Under the pieces are notes generated by a model. The model did not search any database. It was given only the letters and a program-made list of their open reading frames with translations, and was not told where the DNA came from. From positions 4,311 through 68,310 of the forward strand of contig DWVZ01000150.1 of assembly GCA_019119975.1 (NCBI GenBank): 64,000 nt of DNA. The letters run 5' to 3'. This DNA comes from Candidatus Blautia merdavium. GTDB taxonomy: Bacteria > Bacillota > Clostridia > Lachnospirales > Lachnospiraceae. Made by a program: the position numbers and the translations under genes. Of the stretch, positions 1-9,040 are shown in pieces; the first letter of the stretch is position 1; every line of letters begins with the position of its first letter.

Positions 1-608
1 TTTCCCTCCTTCACATAGTTAAACGCACACAGCCCGGCATTGACACCGCCTGTAACAGCATTGGAAGTAATGGTAGCTCCGCTGATGGCATTGATCTGAT
101 CATCCCCGGACGCCCCTGTCTTTGTCACTTCAAATGCTTCTACATTTTTATTGCTGTACTGGTTTTTAAACTCATCCTTCTGGGCGTTCATGCCGAGACC
201 TGCGGTCTCATTGATCGAAAGGATGGAAATACCGTTCATGGTTCCGTCCATCTGCACGCCCATGGAGAAGGAAATATCGCCGCCGTAGCCTTCTGAGGTG
301 GTCATGTTAATGGCATATCCCAGGGTCTCCCCGGAAGCATCCTTTGCTTCCATGATCTCATTGACCGTCTGGGCAGTAAATCCGTTCTCAGCAAGGTATG
401 CCGCGATCTCTGCATCCTCTGCCTCTACACAGACTTCAAAAGAATCCGCGTCTTCAAATACAGCCTGATAGGCTTCCTGCTTTGCCAGCTCTTCCTGCTG
501 GGCAATGGGCTCTTTGGTAATCTCATAAACCAGACCTAAAAGTCCTCCCGCGACCAGGGTGATCACAGTCAGGATCAAAGTATCCTTTAAAATCGTATTC
601 TTTTTCAT
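1..608 (-). CDS. rnfG: Rnf complex subunit G (FMN-binding); C-terminus runs off the window edge
   Basis: Minus-strand frame is open from ATG 608-606 to position 1, with an ATGA overlap on the rnfD stop. My own translation reads MKKNTILKDTLILTVITLVAGGLLGLVYEITKEP...QINAISGATITSNAVTGGVNAGL. It has an N-terminal TM helix and the SGAT FMN-attachment motif of RnfG/NqrC. It follows rnfC-rnfD. Confidence 0.85.
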   Translation of the reverse strand, partial: MKKNTILKDTLILTVITLVAGGLLGLVYEITKEPIAQQEELAKQEAYQAVFEDADSFEVCVEAEDAEIAAYLAENGFTAQTVNEIMEAKDASGETLGYAINMTTSEGYGGDISFSMGVQMDGTMNGISILSINETAGLGMNAQKDEFKNQYSNKNVEAFEVTKTGASGDDQINAISGATITSNAVTGGVNAGLCAFNYVKEG

Positions 609-1564
609 GCTTTCTTCCCTCCTTTTCCGAAGGCTCTTGGCATGGTGAATCGTTCGATGATCGGCACTAACAGGTTACAGAAGATGATCGCATAGGAAAC
701 ACCTTCCGCAGATCCGCCGAAGATACGGAAAAGACCGGTGAAAATACCCAGGCAGATACCGAATACGATCCGCCCCGTACTGGTAATAGGGGACGTTACA
801 TAGTCTGTCGCCATAAACCATGCACCCAGCATAAGACCGCCGCTGCACAGCTGGCACAGAAGATAATAGAAATCCAGTCCGTGTCCTCCGAAGATCAGAG
901 CAAATACACTGAACGTAAGAATATAAGCCACCGGGATCCGATAATCAATGATACCTTTAAGCAAAAGGATCGCCGCGCCGATCAAAATAGCCAGGGCAGA
1001 AGTCTCTCCGATGGTTCCCTGGATATTTCCGATAAACAGACTTAAAAGATCTACCGTCTCGCCGGATTTCATAGCTGCCAGCGGGGTTGCTCCGGATACA
1101 GTGTTCACGATATTTCCCCATGCGCTGTCAGGAACGGCAAAGTCTGTCATTCTGCCTGTAAAGCAGATCAGCAGGAAGCATCTGGCTGCAAGCGCCGGGT
1201 TCATAAAGTTCTGACCCAGACCGCCGAAAAGCTGCTTTACTACCAGGATGGCAAATACACCGCCCACCACCGGGATCCACCAGGGAGCGTTGGGAGGCAG
1301 GTTCAGCGCCAGAAGAAGTCCGGTCACCACTGCGCTGTAATCTTTGACCGTCAGTTTTTTATGTACAAATTTTTCATAAACTGCCTCGGTTGCCACACAT
1401 ACGGCAATGGAGATCAGAATCAGCAAAAGCGCGTTCGGTCCAAAGTTATAAACGCCGAACAAAGCTGCAGGCATCAGCGCCAGGATAACCGTAAGCATGA
1501 TGCTGCTGGTGTCCACCTTCGACCTTACATGGGGGGAAGATGAAACGTGTAATAATTCACTCAT
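605..1564 (-). CDS. rnfD: Rnf complex subunit D (polytopic membrane, RnfD/NqrB family)
   Basis: 319-aa ORF with many TM helices. The N-terminus (HVSSSPHVRS) is typical of RnfD. It starts 12 nt after the rnfC stop and overlaps the rnfG start. Confidence 0.9.
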   Translation of the reverse strand: MSELLHVSSSPHVRSKVDTSSIMLTVILALMPAALFGVYNFGPNALLLILISIAVCVATEAVYEKFVHKKLTVKDYSAVVTGLLLALNLPPNAPWWIPVVGGVFAILVVKQLFGGLGQNFMNPALAARCFLLICFTGRMTDFAVPDSAWGNIVNTVSGATPLAAMKSGETVDLLSLFIGNIQGTIGETSALAILIGAAILLLKGIIDYRIPVAYILTFSVFALIFGGHGLDFYYLLCQLCSGGLMLGAWFMATDYVTSPITSTGRIVFGICLGIFTGLFRIFGGSAEGVSYAIIFCNLLVPIIERFTMPRAFGKGGKKA

Positions 1565-1576
1565 GAGTCTCTCCTC

Positions 1577-2899
1577 CTATTTCGGTTTTTTACGGTTGGC
1601 AAGAACCATTTTTCTCATAGACCGCATGGACTGGGTCAGGGGACGTTTTGCCGGACAGGCAAAGCTGCAGCAGCCGCACTCCACACATTCCATACCATCG
1701 TATTTTACAAACAATTCTTCCTGACCGTATTCCGAATATGTAGCAAGCCTTGACGGAACCAGCCTTGCAGGACATGCCGCCACACACCTGCCGCAGTTGA
1801 TGCATGCGGAAGGCTCTTTCTGAGTCACTTCATCCTTTGTCAGACACAGCATAGCGGAAGAAGTCTTTACCACAGGAACATGATAGTCAAACATGGCAAA
1901 TCCCATCATGGGACCGCCGGAAATGATTTTTTCCGCAGGGTTTTTCAATCCTCCGGCTGCTTCTAATAATTCCGCAAAGGAAGTACCTGTTCTTACCTTG
2001 AAATTGCAGGGATTTGCCACTGCGTCTCCCGTCACCGTCACAATCCGGTCCATGACAGGTTCTCCTGCCATGACAGCCCGGTATATGGCGCAGACCGTAT
2101 CCACATTGTCCACCACGCAGCCTGCGTCTGCAGGAAGCATGGAAGAATTGATTTCTCTGCCGCTGACTGCATAGATCAGACAGCGCTCAGCGCCCTGGGG
2201 GTATTTGGTCTTCAGTTCTTTTACCTCGATCCTGGGTTCCCCTTTCACCAGCTCTGTCATCTTTGCCACACAGTCCGGCTTATTATCTTCGATACAGATA
2301 TATCCCTTGGCATTATCAAACAGTTTCAGGATACATTTCAGACCGCCGATGATCCATTCCGGCTGCTCCAGCATGCGCCTGTAGTCTGAAGTCAGATAAG
2401 GCTCGCATTCTGCGCCGTTTACCAGTACATATTCGATTTTTTCCGGCTCTTTCGGAGACAGCTTTACATGGGTAGGGAACCCGGCGCCACCCATACCTAC
2501 AACGCCGGCGTCTTTGATCCTTCCTATGATCTCCTCTTTTGACAGGGAATCCAGAGACTCTGCAGGAGAAAATTCCACGGTCTCATATTTTTCGTCATTT
2601 TCAATGACAATGGCATCCACCATGGCTCCCACATTATTTCTGACTTTTTTCACATCTTTCACTGTGCCTGACACAGAAGCATGGATCGCCGCGGAAACAA
2701 ATCCGCCCATCTCCGCAATTTTCTGCCCTGCCAGTACATGATCGCCTTTTTTTACTGCCGGCTGCGCCGGGGCTCCAATGTGCTGGGACAGAGGATAGAC
2801 CAGTTCTTTTCCCGGAAGATACTCCTGAACAGGCTTTTCTTTTGACAGTTCTTTTCCATCATAAGGATGCACGCCACCCTTAAAGGTTAAAAACGCCAT
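1577..2899 (-). CDS. rnfC: Rnf complex subunit C (NADH-binding, 2x[4Fe-4S])
   Basis: 440-aa ORF. N-terminal FKGGVHP, the GMGGAGFPTHVK nucleotide-binding motif, and two ferredoxin motifs (CINCGRCVAACP, CVECGCCSFACP). AGGAGGG RBS upstream of the ATG at 2899. Confidence 0.93.
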   Translation of the reverse strand: MAFLTFKGGVHPYDGKELSKEKPVQEYLPGKELVYPLSQHIGAPAQPAVKKGDHVLAGQKIAEMGGFVSAAIHASVSGTVKDVKKVRNNVGAMVDAIVIENDEKYETVEFSPAESLDSLSKEEIIGRIKDAGVVGMGGAGFPTHVKLSPKEPEKIEYVLVNGAECEPYLTSDYRRMLEQPEWIIGGLKCILKLFDNAKGYICIEDNKPDCVAKMTELVKGEPRIEVKELKTKYPQGAERCLIYAVSGREINSSMLPADAGCVVDNVDTVCAIYRAVMAGEPVMDRIVTVTGDAVANPCNFKVRTGTSFAELLEAAGGLKNPAEKIISGGPMMGFAMFDYHVPVVKTSSAMLCLTKDEVTQKEPSACINCGRCVAACPARLVPSRLATYSEYGQEELFVKYDGMECVECGCCSFACPAKRPLTQSMRSMRKMVLANRKKPK

Positions 2900-2972
2900 A
2901 TTTTGTCCCTCCTTTTTTTACAGTGTCAACAGCTTTTGTGCCGTCTGCTGCATATAATAACCGACTGTCCGG

Positions 2973-3896
2973 TTATTTTTTCTGTTTTTTCTGCTGCTTT
3001 TCTCTGTAACGGCGAAAGTGGTTTTTCAATTCAGGATATGCAGAAACCATTCTCTTTTTGATCCTGTTCTGTTTCTGTTTCATATCCAGATATTTCTTTC
3101 CGAATTCATCCAGCCGCGCTTCCAGCTCCTGTCTTTTTTTCAGATACGATTCGGTATCCGGCAGACCGCTTTGGACGGCAAGTGTCTCAAAGCGCCGGAG
3201 AAATTCCTGTTTTCTCACCTCATAGCGCTCCTTCGCGCCCTGAACAGCCGGATAAATCTTTCCGTTTTCCAGCTTATCCCGGATTTCCTCTTTTGTGGCA
3301 TACAGCTTGCTATTCTGTAGATACAGAGAAAGCTCCTCCAGCAGGTCTTCCGCTTTTCCAAAGGCTTTGGAAAGTCCGAAAGCTGCTGCCGCAGAACTTG
3401 AGAAGTCTGCCAGATAAAGCGCCGACACCACGGCAACCACGATCCGTCCTGCATGCACCGGATATTGATCCGTGATCCAGGAGACAAAAGGCTGGAGCAC
3501 ATAAAACAGCAGCAGCGTAAAAAAACCCCAGGCAACCGATGAGCCCAGGCAGATATAACCGTGGAGATTATATTTTTTACTGCTGTAGTCCCACCATCTG
3601 GTGTGAAAGATTTTCTCCATCAGCCAGCCGGTGATATACTCCAGTACGGTCGCTGTCACCACACCTCCCACATACAAGATCAGCAGATTCTCATCAAAAG
3701 GCTTAAGAATCAGATAAACTGCAACCGCTCCCAGACCATAAATGGTACAGAGGGGACCGTTGATAAATCCACGGTTTACCAACTTTTTCTTCTTCACTGA
3801 TACATAAACCGATTCCCATACCCAGCCCAAAAAACTATAGATAAAAAACCAGCTTATGATATAATAAAAAGAAATTCCTGCAATTTCAAAATCCAT
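2973..3896 (-). CDS. Membrane protein of the DUF1113 / putative ABC-transporter type IV family, with a K/E-rich helical C-terminal tail
   Basis: The N-terminal ~180 aa are TM-rich. They share the pattern YS.LGW..ES.Y.S.....L.NRGF..GP.C.IYG.GA with the paralogue at 50993-51577. I moved the start to ATG 3896, which has an AAAGGAGAG RBS 5 nt upstream; the longer ORF start at 3926 has none. Confidence 0.7.
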   Translation of the reverse strand: MDFEIAGISFYYIISWFFIYSFLGWVWESVYVSVKKKKLVNRGFINGPLCTIYGLGAVAVYLILKPFDENLLILYVGGVVTATVLEYITGWLMEKIFHTRWWDYSSKKYNLHGYICLGSSVAWGFFTLLLFYVLQPFVSWITDQYPVHAGRIVVAVVSALYLADFSSSAAAAFGLSKAFGKAEDLLEELSLYLQNSKLYATKEEIRDKLENGKIYPAVQGAKERYEVRKQEFLRRFETLAVQSGLPDTESYLKKRQELEARLDEFGKKYLDMKQKQNRIKKRMVSAYPELKNHFRRYREKQQKKQKK

Positions 3897-4003
3897 ATTT
3901 CTCTCCTTTGTTATATAATATAACATGTTTTTCGCGAATTCTCCAGAAATATTTGGTGATATTTCGTATTATTTTCAATACAATTGGAAAGGAATTTGTT
4001 AAA

Positions 4004-5131
4004 ATGATAACAAATACGATAACTTTTTGTCAATTACTTCCAAGTCTGGACTGCTGTTTCTTTCCGGAAGATCTGACCTGGGAAAGTTCTGTCTTTTTTG
4101 ACATCGAAACCACAGGACTAAGCCCCAGAACCAGCAGAGTCTATCTCATAGGCGCCATTTATCTGCCCCGGGGCGCTTCCTCTCCTATCCTGGTGCAGTA
4201 TCTCGCCGAGGACAGCTCCGACGATGAAGAAGCCGCTGTTTTACAGGCATTTTACAATCTTTTAGCAGACCGCAGATACGCCGTTCATTTCAACGGCACT
4301 TCCTTTGATGTACCTTATCTGATCCACAGATACGAACATCACAGGCTGCCCTCGCCTCTGGCTTCTCTTGTCCAGGAAGATCTCTACAGACACTTAAAGC
4401 ATTTTAAGCCTTTTTTCTGCCAGATGGGAAACCACCGGCAGAAATCCTTTGAGAATCTGGTTTCTTATCCCAGAAAGGACCTGTTATCCGGCAAAGAACT
4501 GATAAAAATTTATCAGATCTATGAAAAAAGCCGGGAACCGGCTGCGCGGGACGCTATTTTTCTTCACAATGAAGACGATCTGAAAGGAATGCTTTCTCTT
4601 CTCCCGCTTTCCCGTCTGTCACAGCTGGAGACGGGAGCCTATCAGTTCAAAGCTATGGAAGAAGTGGAAGAAACCGACTACCAGGGAACCGTAAGGCACT
4701 CTCTGCTCCTTACCCTGCAGATGCCTCAGGAAATCCCTGCCCAGCTTTCCGTACCTCTTGCCCAGGGCTATCTGATGATCCAGAAAGATCTGATCAAGAT
4801 CAAGACCCCTATTTTTGAAGGAACCCTGAAATATTTCTACCCGGATTACAAAAATTATTATTACCTTCCCTATGAAGACGAAGCCGTCCATAAAAGTGTG
4901 GGAATCTACACGGATCCCTCCCGCAGGCAGAAAGCCTCTGCTGCCACCTGCTACCGGAAAATATCGGGAAGGTTTCTCTTTGCGCCGGGAAACCCTGCCC
5001 TTCCGCTCTGCCGACAGGAATACAAAGCACAGGAAGCTTTTACCCCTTACCCTTTTCAGGAGCCGGTTCCGGAAAATGCTCTTGCTTACGCAAAAGGGAT
5101 CCTGCAGAAGGTCATGAATCCCAAGGCATAA
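4004..5131 (+). CDS. RNase H-like fold protein (YprB-type predicted 3'-5' exonuclease domain)
   Basis: Motifs FFDIETTGLS (DxE), HFNGTSFDVPYL and HNEDDLKGM match exonuclease-fold motifs I-III. The ORF-track start at 3908 is TTG without an RBS. ATG 4004 follows GGAAAGGAA. Confidence 0.65.
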   Translation: MITNTITFCQLLPSLDCCFFPEDLTWESSVFFDIETTGLSPRTSRVYLIGAIYLPRGASSPILVQYLAEDSSDDEEAAVLQAFYNLLADRRYAVHFNGTSFDVPYLIHRYEHHRLPSPLASLVQEDLYRHLKHFKPFFCQMGNHRQKSFENLVSYPRKDLLSGKELIKIYQIYEKSREPAARDAIFLHNEDDLKGMLSLLPLSRLSQLETGAYQFKAMEEVEETDYQGTVRHSLLLTLQMPQEIPAQLSVPLAQGYLMIQKDLIKIKTPIFEGTLKYFYPDYKNYYYLPYEDEAVHKSVGIYTDPSRRQKASAATCYRKISGRFLFAPGNPALPLCRQEYKAQEAFTPYPFQEPVPENALAYAKGILQKVMNPKA

Positions 5132-5160
5132 AAAAACAGCCATTTCTGGCTGTTTTTTCT
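5131..5160. terminator. Bidirectional intrinsic terminator between convergent genes
   Basis: The sequence aaaaaaACAGCCAtttcTGGCTGTtttttc has a 7-bp stem (5137-5143 / 5148-5154) flanked by an A-run and a T-run. It lies between the plus-strand gene end (5131) and the S1 gene end (5176). Confidence 0.75.
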
Positions 5161-5175
5161 ATGCAGGAATGTTCC

Positions 5176-6270
5176 TTATTCTTCTACTGCTTCTTCTGCT
5201 TCAGCAGCCGGCTCCTGTGCCGGTTCCAGAACTTTCATGCTCAGGCTGATCTTCTTCTCTTCTCCATTGAAGTCTACTACCTTCGCAGCGATTTCCTGAC
5301 CTACCTTCAGCACATCAGAGGGTTTTTCCACATGTGCTCTGGAAATCTGAGAAACATGAAGGAGCGCGTCAACACCGGGCTCTAATTCGATGAAAGCGCC
5401 GAAGTCTGTCATACGTGCGATCTTGCCTTCTACTACATTACCCACTGCATATTTCTCTGCTGCATTGAGCCATGGATTCTGGTCTTCAAATTTTAAGCTG
5501 AGGGCAATCTTATCTCCGTTGATCTCTTTGATCAGGACTTTGATGGTCTCGCCTGCTTTGAATACCTTCTTAGGATTTTCTACTCTTCCCCAGGACATTT
5601 CGGAGATGTGAAGCAGTCCGTCCGCTCCGCCCAGGTCAATAAAGGCACCGAAGTCCGTGACATTTTTGATGACGCCTTCTACAACATCGCCTGCGTGGAT
5701 CCTTTCAAAAAGTTCTTTCTTCATTTCTTCTTTCTTTGCTAACAGAAGCTGTTTTCTGTCGCCGATCACACGGCGTCTTCTTGGGTTGAATTCTGTGATC
5801 ACGAATTCAATTTCCTGATTCTGATATTTTGTCAGGTCTTTTTCATAAGTATCGGATACCAGGCTTGCCGGAATGAATACTCTGGCTTCCTCAATGACAA
5901 CGCTTAAACCGCCGTCCAGTACCTGAGTTACTTTTGCTTTCAGCACTTCCTTGTTTTCAAATGCTTCTTCCAGTCTCTTATTGCCTTTGTCAGCTGCCAG
6001 TCTCTTGTAGGTCAAAAGCACCTGACCGTCGCCGTCGTTGAGCTTAAGGACTTTTGCTTCCATGGTATCGCCTACATGAACGACTTCTCTCAGATCCAGA
6101 TTCTGGTCATTTGAGTATTCGTTTCTTGTGATGATACCGTCAGCTTTATAGTCAATGTTTAAGATAATCTCATCTTCTTTTACATCGATAACTGTGCCTT
6201 CGACTACCTCTCCATTTCTGATTGTTTTAAATGTTTCATCCAGCATCTGTTCAAAACTTAATTCTGACAT
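5176..6270 (-). CDS. rpsA: 30S ribosomal protein S1-like protein (four S1/OB RNA-binding domains)
   Basis: Four repeats of the S1 signature (e.g. GDVVEGVIKNVTDFGAFIDLGGADGLLHISE). ATG 6270 is preceded by GAGGAGG at 8 nt. The ORF-track start at 6288 is a TTG. Confidence 0.88.
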   Translation of the reverse strand: MSELSFEQMLDETFKTIRNGEVVEGTVIDVKEDEIILNIDYKADGIITRNEYSNDQNLDLREVVHVGDTMEAKVLKLNDGDGQVLLTYKRLAADKGNKRLEEAFENKEVLKAKVTQVLDGGLSVVIEEARVFIPASLVSDTYEKDLTKYQNQEIEFVITEFNPRRRRVIGDRKQLLLAKKEEMKKELFERIHAGDVVEGVIKNVTDFGAFIDLGGADGLLHISEMSWGRVENPKKVFKAGETIKVLIKEINGDKIALSLKFEDQNPWLNAAEKYAVGNVVEGKIARMTDFGAFIELEPGVDALLHVSQISRAHVEKPSDVLKVGQEIAAKVVDFNGEEKKISLSMKVLEPAQEPAAEAEEAVEE

Positions 6271-7102
6271 GTTTTGAAACCTCCTCAATTATTTTATTTG
6301 GGGTTGACGCCCCTGCTGTAATACCTACACATGGAACGGATAGAAACCTATCAGAACTCAAATCAGCAAGTGTCTGTATATAGTAAGTATTCTTACATTT
6401 ACTTTTACAAATTTCATATAGTTTCTGGGTGTTCGAGCTATGTCTGCCCCCTATGACAATCATGGCGTCTACCTGCTTTGCGATTTCCTCTGCTTCTGAC
6501 TGCCTGTCCTGCGTCGCATTGCAAATCGTATTTAAAACAATTCTATCATACCTCTTTTTGCTCAGAATTTCAACTATTTCTTGAAAATTATTGTAATTAA
6601 ATGTCGTTTGGGAAACAATACATATTTTTTCATATATTTCCGACAAAAACTGCTCCGCTTCGACCTTATTTTTGATCACAGTGGAGCTGCCCTGACACCA
6701 GCCCCGGATCCCTACTACTTCCGGATGATCCGCGTTGCCGATGATGACAATGTGCCGTCCTGCCCGGCTTTCCCGCTCTACGATCCTGTGGATCTTCAGG
6801 ACAAAGGGACAGGTCACATCCACATAAGACAGACCTTTCTTCTCCAGCAGTTCATAGATATATTTGGGAACGCCGTGGGAGCGGATGATCACGGTCCCTT
6901 TCTCAAGTCTGCGCAGATCCTCCTCTGTCTCCAGCACATGGACGCCCCGTTTCTCCAGGTCTGTTACCACCTCTTCATTGTGGATGATCGGTCCGTAGGT
7001 ATAAACCTCTTCCTGGCTCTGCTCTGCCACCCCATAGGCCTTTTCCACTGCCCGCTTGACGCCGAAACAGAAACCGGCTGTTTTTGCTACTTTTACTTCC
7101 AT
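6251..7102 (-). CDS. ispH: 4-hydroxy-3-methylbut-2-enyl diphosphate reductase
   Basis: 283 aa with AGFCFGVKRAV at the N-terminus, HNEEV, and the C-terminal ITAGASTP motif of IspH/LytB. Confidence 0.92.
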   Translation of the reverse strand: MEVKVAKTAGFCFGVKRAVEKAYGVAEQSQEEVYTYGPIIHNEEVVTDLEKRGVHVLETEEDLRRLEKGTVIIRSHGVPKYIYELLEKKGLSYVDVTCPFVLKIHRIVERESRAGRHIVIIGNADHPEVVGIRGWCQGSSTVIKNKVEAEQFLSEIYEKICIVSQTTFNYNNFQEIVEILSKKRYDRIVLNTICNATQDRQSEAEEIAKQVDAMIVIGGRHSSNTQKLYEICKSKCKNTYYIQTLADLSSDRFLSVPCVGITAGASTPNKIIEEVSKHVRIKF

Positions 7103-7104
7103 AG

Positions 7105-7776
7105 CTATTTTCCTGCCTTTTCCTTGTATAAACGGAGGATCTCCTCTTTCACCTCCTGGATGCCCATATGGGAAGAATCCACCAGCACCGCGTCTTCTGC
7201 CTGCTTTAAGGGAGAAATTTCCCGGGTCATGTCTCTTTGGTCTCTGTCATTGATATCTGCTTCAATCTCCTCCAGGACGCAGGGGATCCCTTTTTCCTCC
7301 AGCTCCCGGCATCTTCTTAACGCCCGGGTATGGGCGCTTGCGGTAAGATAAATCTTCACATCTGCCCCGGGCAGGACGCAGGTACCGATATCCCTTCCGT
7401 CCATCACCACATTTTCTCTTGCTGCAAGCTGCCGCTGCAGCTGTACCAGCTTTTTGCGTATGGCAGCGTTTGCAGAGCTTACCGAAGCCATATTCCCCAC
7501 TTCCTCCTGCCTTAAAAGCCCGGTGACGTTCTCTCCGTTTAAGAGCACCTGTTGGGCACCCTCCTGGTAAACGATGGAAATATCCGCCTGTTCACATGCC
7601 TTTTCCATCCCTGGGGTATCCTGCGGCGAAATCCCTTTCTGGATCAGATAGAGCGCCATAGCACGGTACATGGCTCCCGTATCCACATAGATAAATCCCA
7701 GTTCTTTTGCCACAGCCTTCGCTATGGTGCTTTTTCCGGCTCCTGCCGGTCCGTCGATCGCAATATTAAATGACAT
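7105..7776 (-). CDS. cmk: Cytidylate kinase
   Basis: The sequence MSFNIAIDGPAGAGKSTIAKAVAKELGFIYVDTGAMYRA carries the Cmk P-loop. ATG 7776 has an AAAGGAG RBS 8 nt upstream; the longer start at 7797 overlaps the upstream gene. Confidence 0.92.
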   Translation of the reverse strand: MSFNIAIDGPAGAGKSTIAKAVAKELGFIYVDTGAMYRAMALYLIQKGISPQDTPGMEKACEQADISIVYQEGAQQVLLNGENVTGLLRQEEVGNMASVSSANAAIRKKLVQLQRQLAARENVVMDGRDIGTCVLPGADVKIYLTASAHTRALRRCRELEEKGIPCVLEEIEADINDRDQRDMTREISPLKQAEDAVLVDSSHMGIQEVKEEILRLYKEKAGK

Positions 7777-7793
7777 TTCTTCGTCTCCTTTTC

Positions 7794-9029
7794 TCATTCC
7801 TGCGCTGCCGCTTTCGCCGTTGACCAGGCGATCTGCAGATTAAATCCTCCTGTCACTGCGTCCAGATCCAGGACCTCTCCGATAAAGTACAGCCCCTTTA
7901 CCTTTTTGGACTCCATGGTTTTGGGATTCACATCTTTTACACTGACCCCTCCCTGGGTGATGATGGCTTCCCGGAAGTTCCTAAGCCCGGTAATGGTCAT
8001 GGGAAATTCCTTTACCAGACAGATAAAATCCTGCCGTTCTTTCTTAGTGATCTCATGGACCTTCTTTTCCGGAGGGATTCCGCCCAGTTCCAGGATCACC
8101 GGGAACATTTTTGCCGGAAACATGCCGGAAACTACATTTTTAAATTGTTTATTGATTCCTGCCTCAAATTCCCTCAAAAGCCGTGTATCCAGCTGCTGGG
8201 GCGAAAGCGCGGGTTTTAAGTCAATATAGGCAGACAGTTCTTTCTTCTGCAGCCGCTTGCCCACATAGGAGCTGGCAGTCAGCACCAGGGGACCGGAAAT
8301 ACCGAAATGGGTAAAGAGCATTTCTCCGAAAGCATGATACAGCTCTTTTTTGCCGTCTTTGATCACCAGGCTGACGTTTTTCAGAGAAAGTCCCTGCATC
8401 TGAGGTATATACGGTTCCTTTGTCTCCATTGGGACCAGCGCTGGCAGCAGTTCCGTAACCCTGTGTCCGGTCTCTCTGGCAAAGCGGTAGCCATCCCCGG
8501 TAGAACCTGTGGCACGGTAAGAGTATCCCCCTGTCGCCACAAGAACCCGGTCTGCCTCTGCCGCGGTCCCGTCTGCAAGGCAGACACCCCGAATGCAGAT
8601 TCCGTCTTCCGTCTCCTGGGTCAGGACCTCTTTTACTTCCGTTTCCAGATAGAGCCGGACTCCCAGCTGCTTCATCCGCCTCTCCAGAACCCGGATCACA
8701 TCTGAGGAATGATCCGACGCGGGGAAGATCCTGCCGCCCCTTTCTTCCTTAACTTCCAGCCCCAGACCCTGGAAAAATTCCAGGACATCCTGATTGGTAC
8801 AGCCGTAAAAAGCGCTGTAGAGAAACTTGGGATTCGTCACCACAGAAGCGAAAAAGGTCTCCGCGTCACAGGAGTTGGTCAGATTGCATCTTCCTTTTCC
8901 TGTAATAAAAAGCTTCTTGCCCGGCTTCTCATTTTTTTCATATACATGGACCTGATGCCCCTGCTCAGCTAAAAAGACAGAAGCCGCCATACCGGCAGCG
9001 CCTGCTCCGATGATAATTATTTTTGCCAT
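7794..9029 (-). CDS. HI0933/YhiN-family FAD-dependent flavoprotein (BaiN-like oxidoreductase family)
   Basis: IIIIGAGAAGMAAS dinucleotide fold, plus KLFITGKGRCNLTN and the C-terminal GGFNLQIAWSTA signature of the family. AAAGGAG RBS. Confidence 0.85.
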   Translation of the reverse strand: MAKIIIIGAGAAGMAASVFLAEQGHQVHVYEKNEKPGKKLFITGKGRCNLTNSCDAETFFASVVTNPKFLYSAFYGCTNQDVLEFFQGLGLEVKEERGGRIFPASDHSSDVIRVLERRMKQLGVRLYLETEVKEVLTQETEDGICIRGVCLADGTAAEADRVLVATGGYSYRATGSTGDGYRFARETGHRVTELLPALVPMETKEPYIPQMQGLSLKNVSLVIKDGKKELYHAFGEMLFTHFGISGPLVLTASSYVGKRLQKKELSAYIDLKPALSPQQLDTRLLREFEAGINKQFKNVVSGMFPAKMFPVILELGGIPPEKKVHEITKKERQDFICLVKEFPMTITGLRNFREAIITQGGVSVKDVNPKTMESKKVKGLYFIGEVLDLDAVTGGFNLQIAWSTAKAAAQE

Positions 9030-9040
9030 ATCAAACTCCT

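Noticed and set aside
6581-7351. A 256-aa plus-strand ORF antisense to ispH and cmk.
   Set aside because: It is a shadow ORF opposite two strongly supported genes. It has no RBS, odd composition and no motifs.
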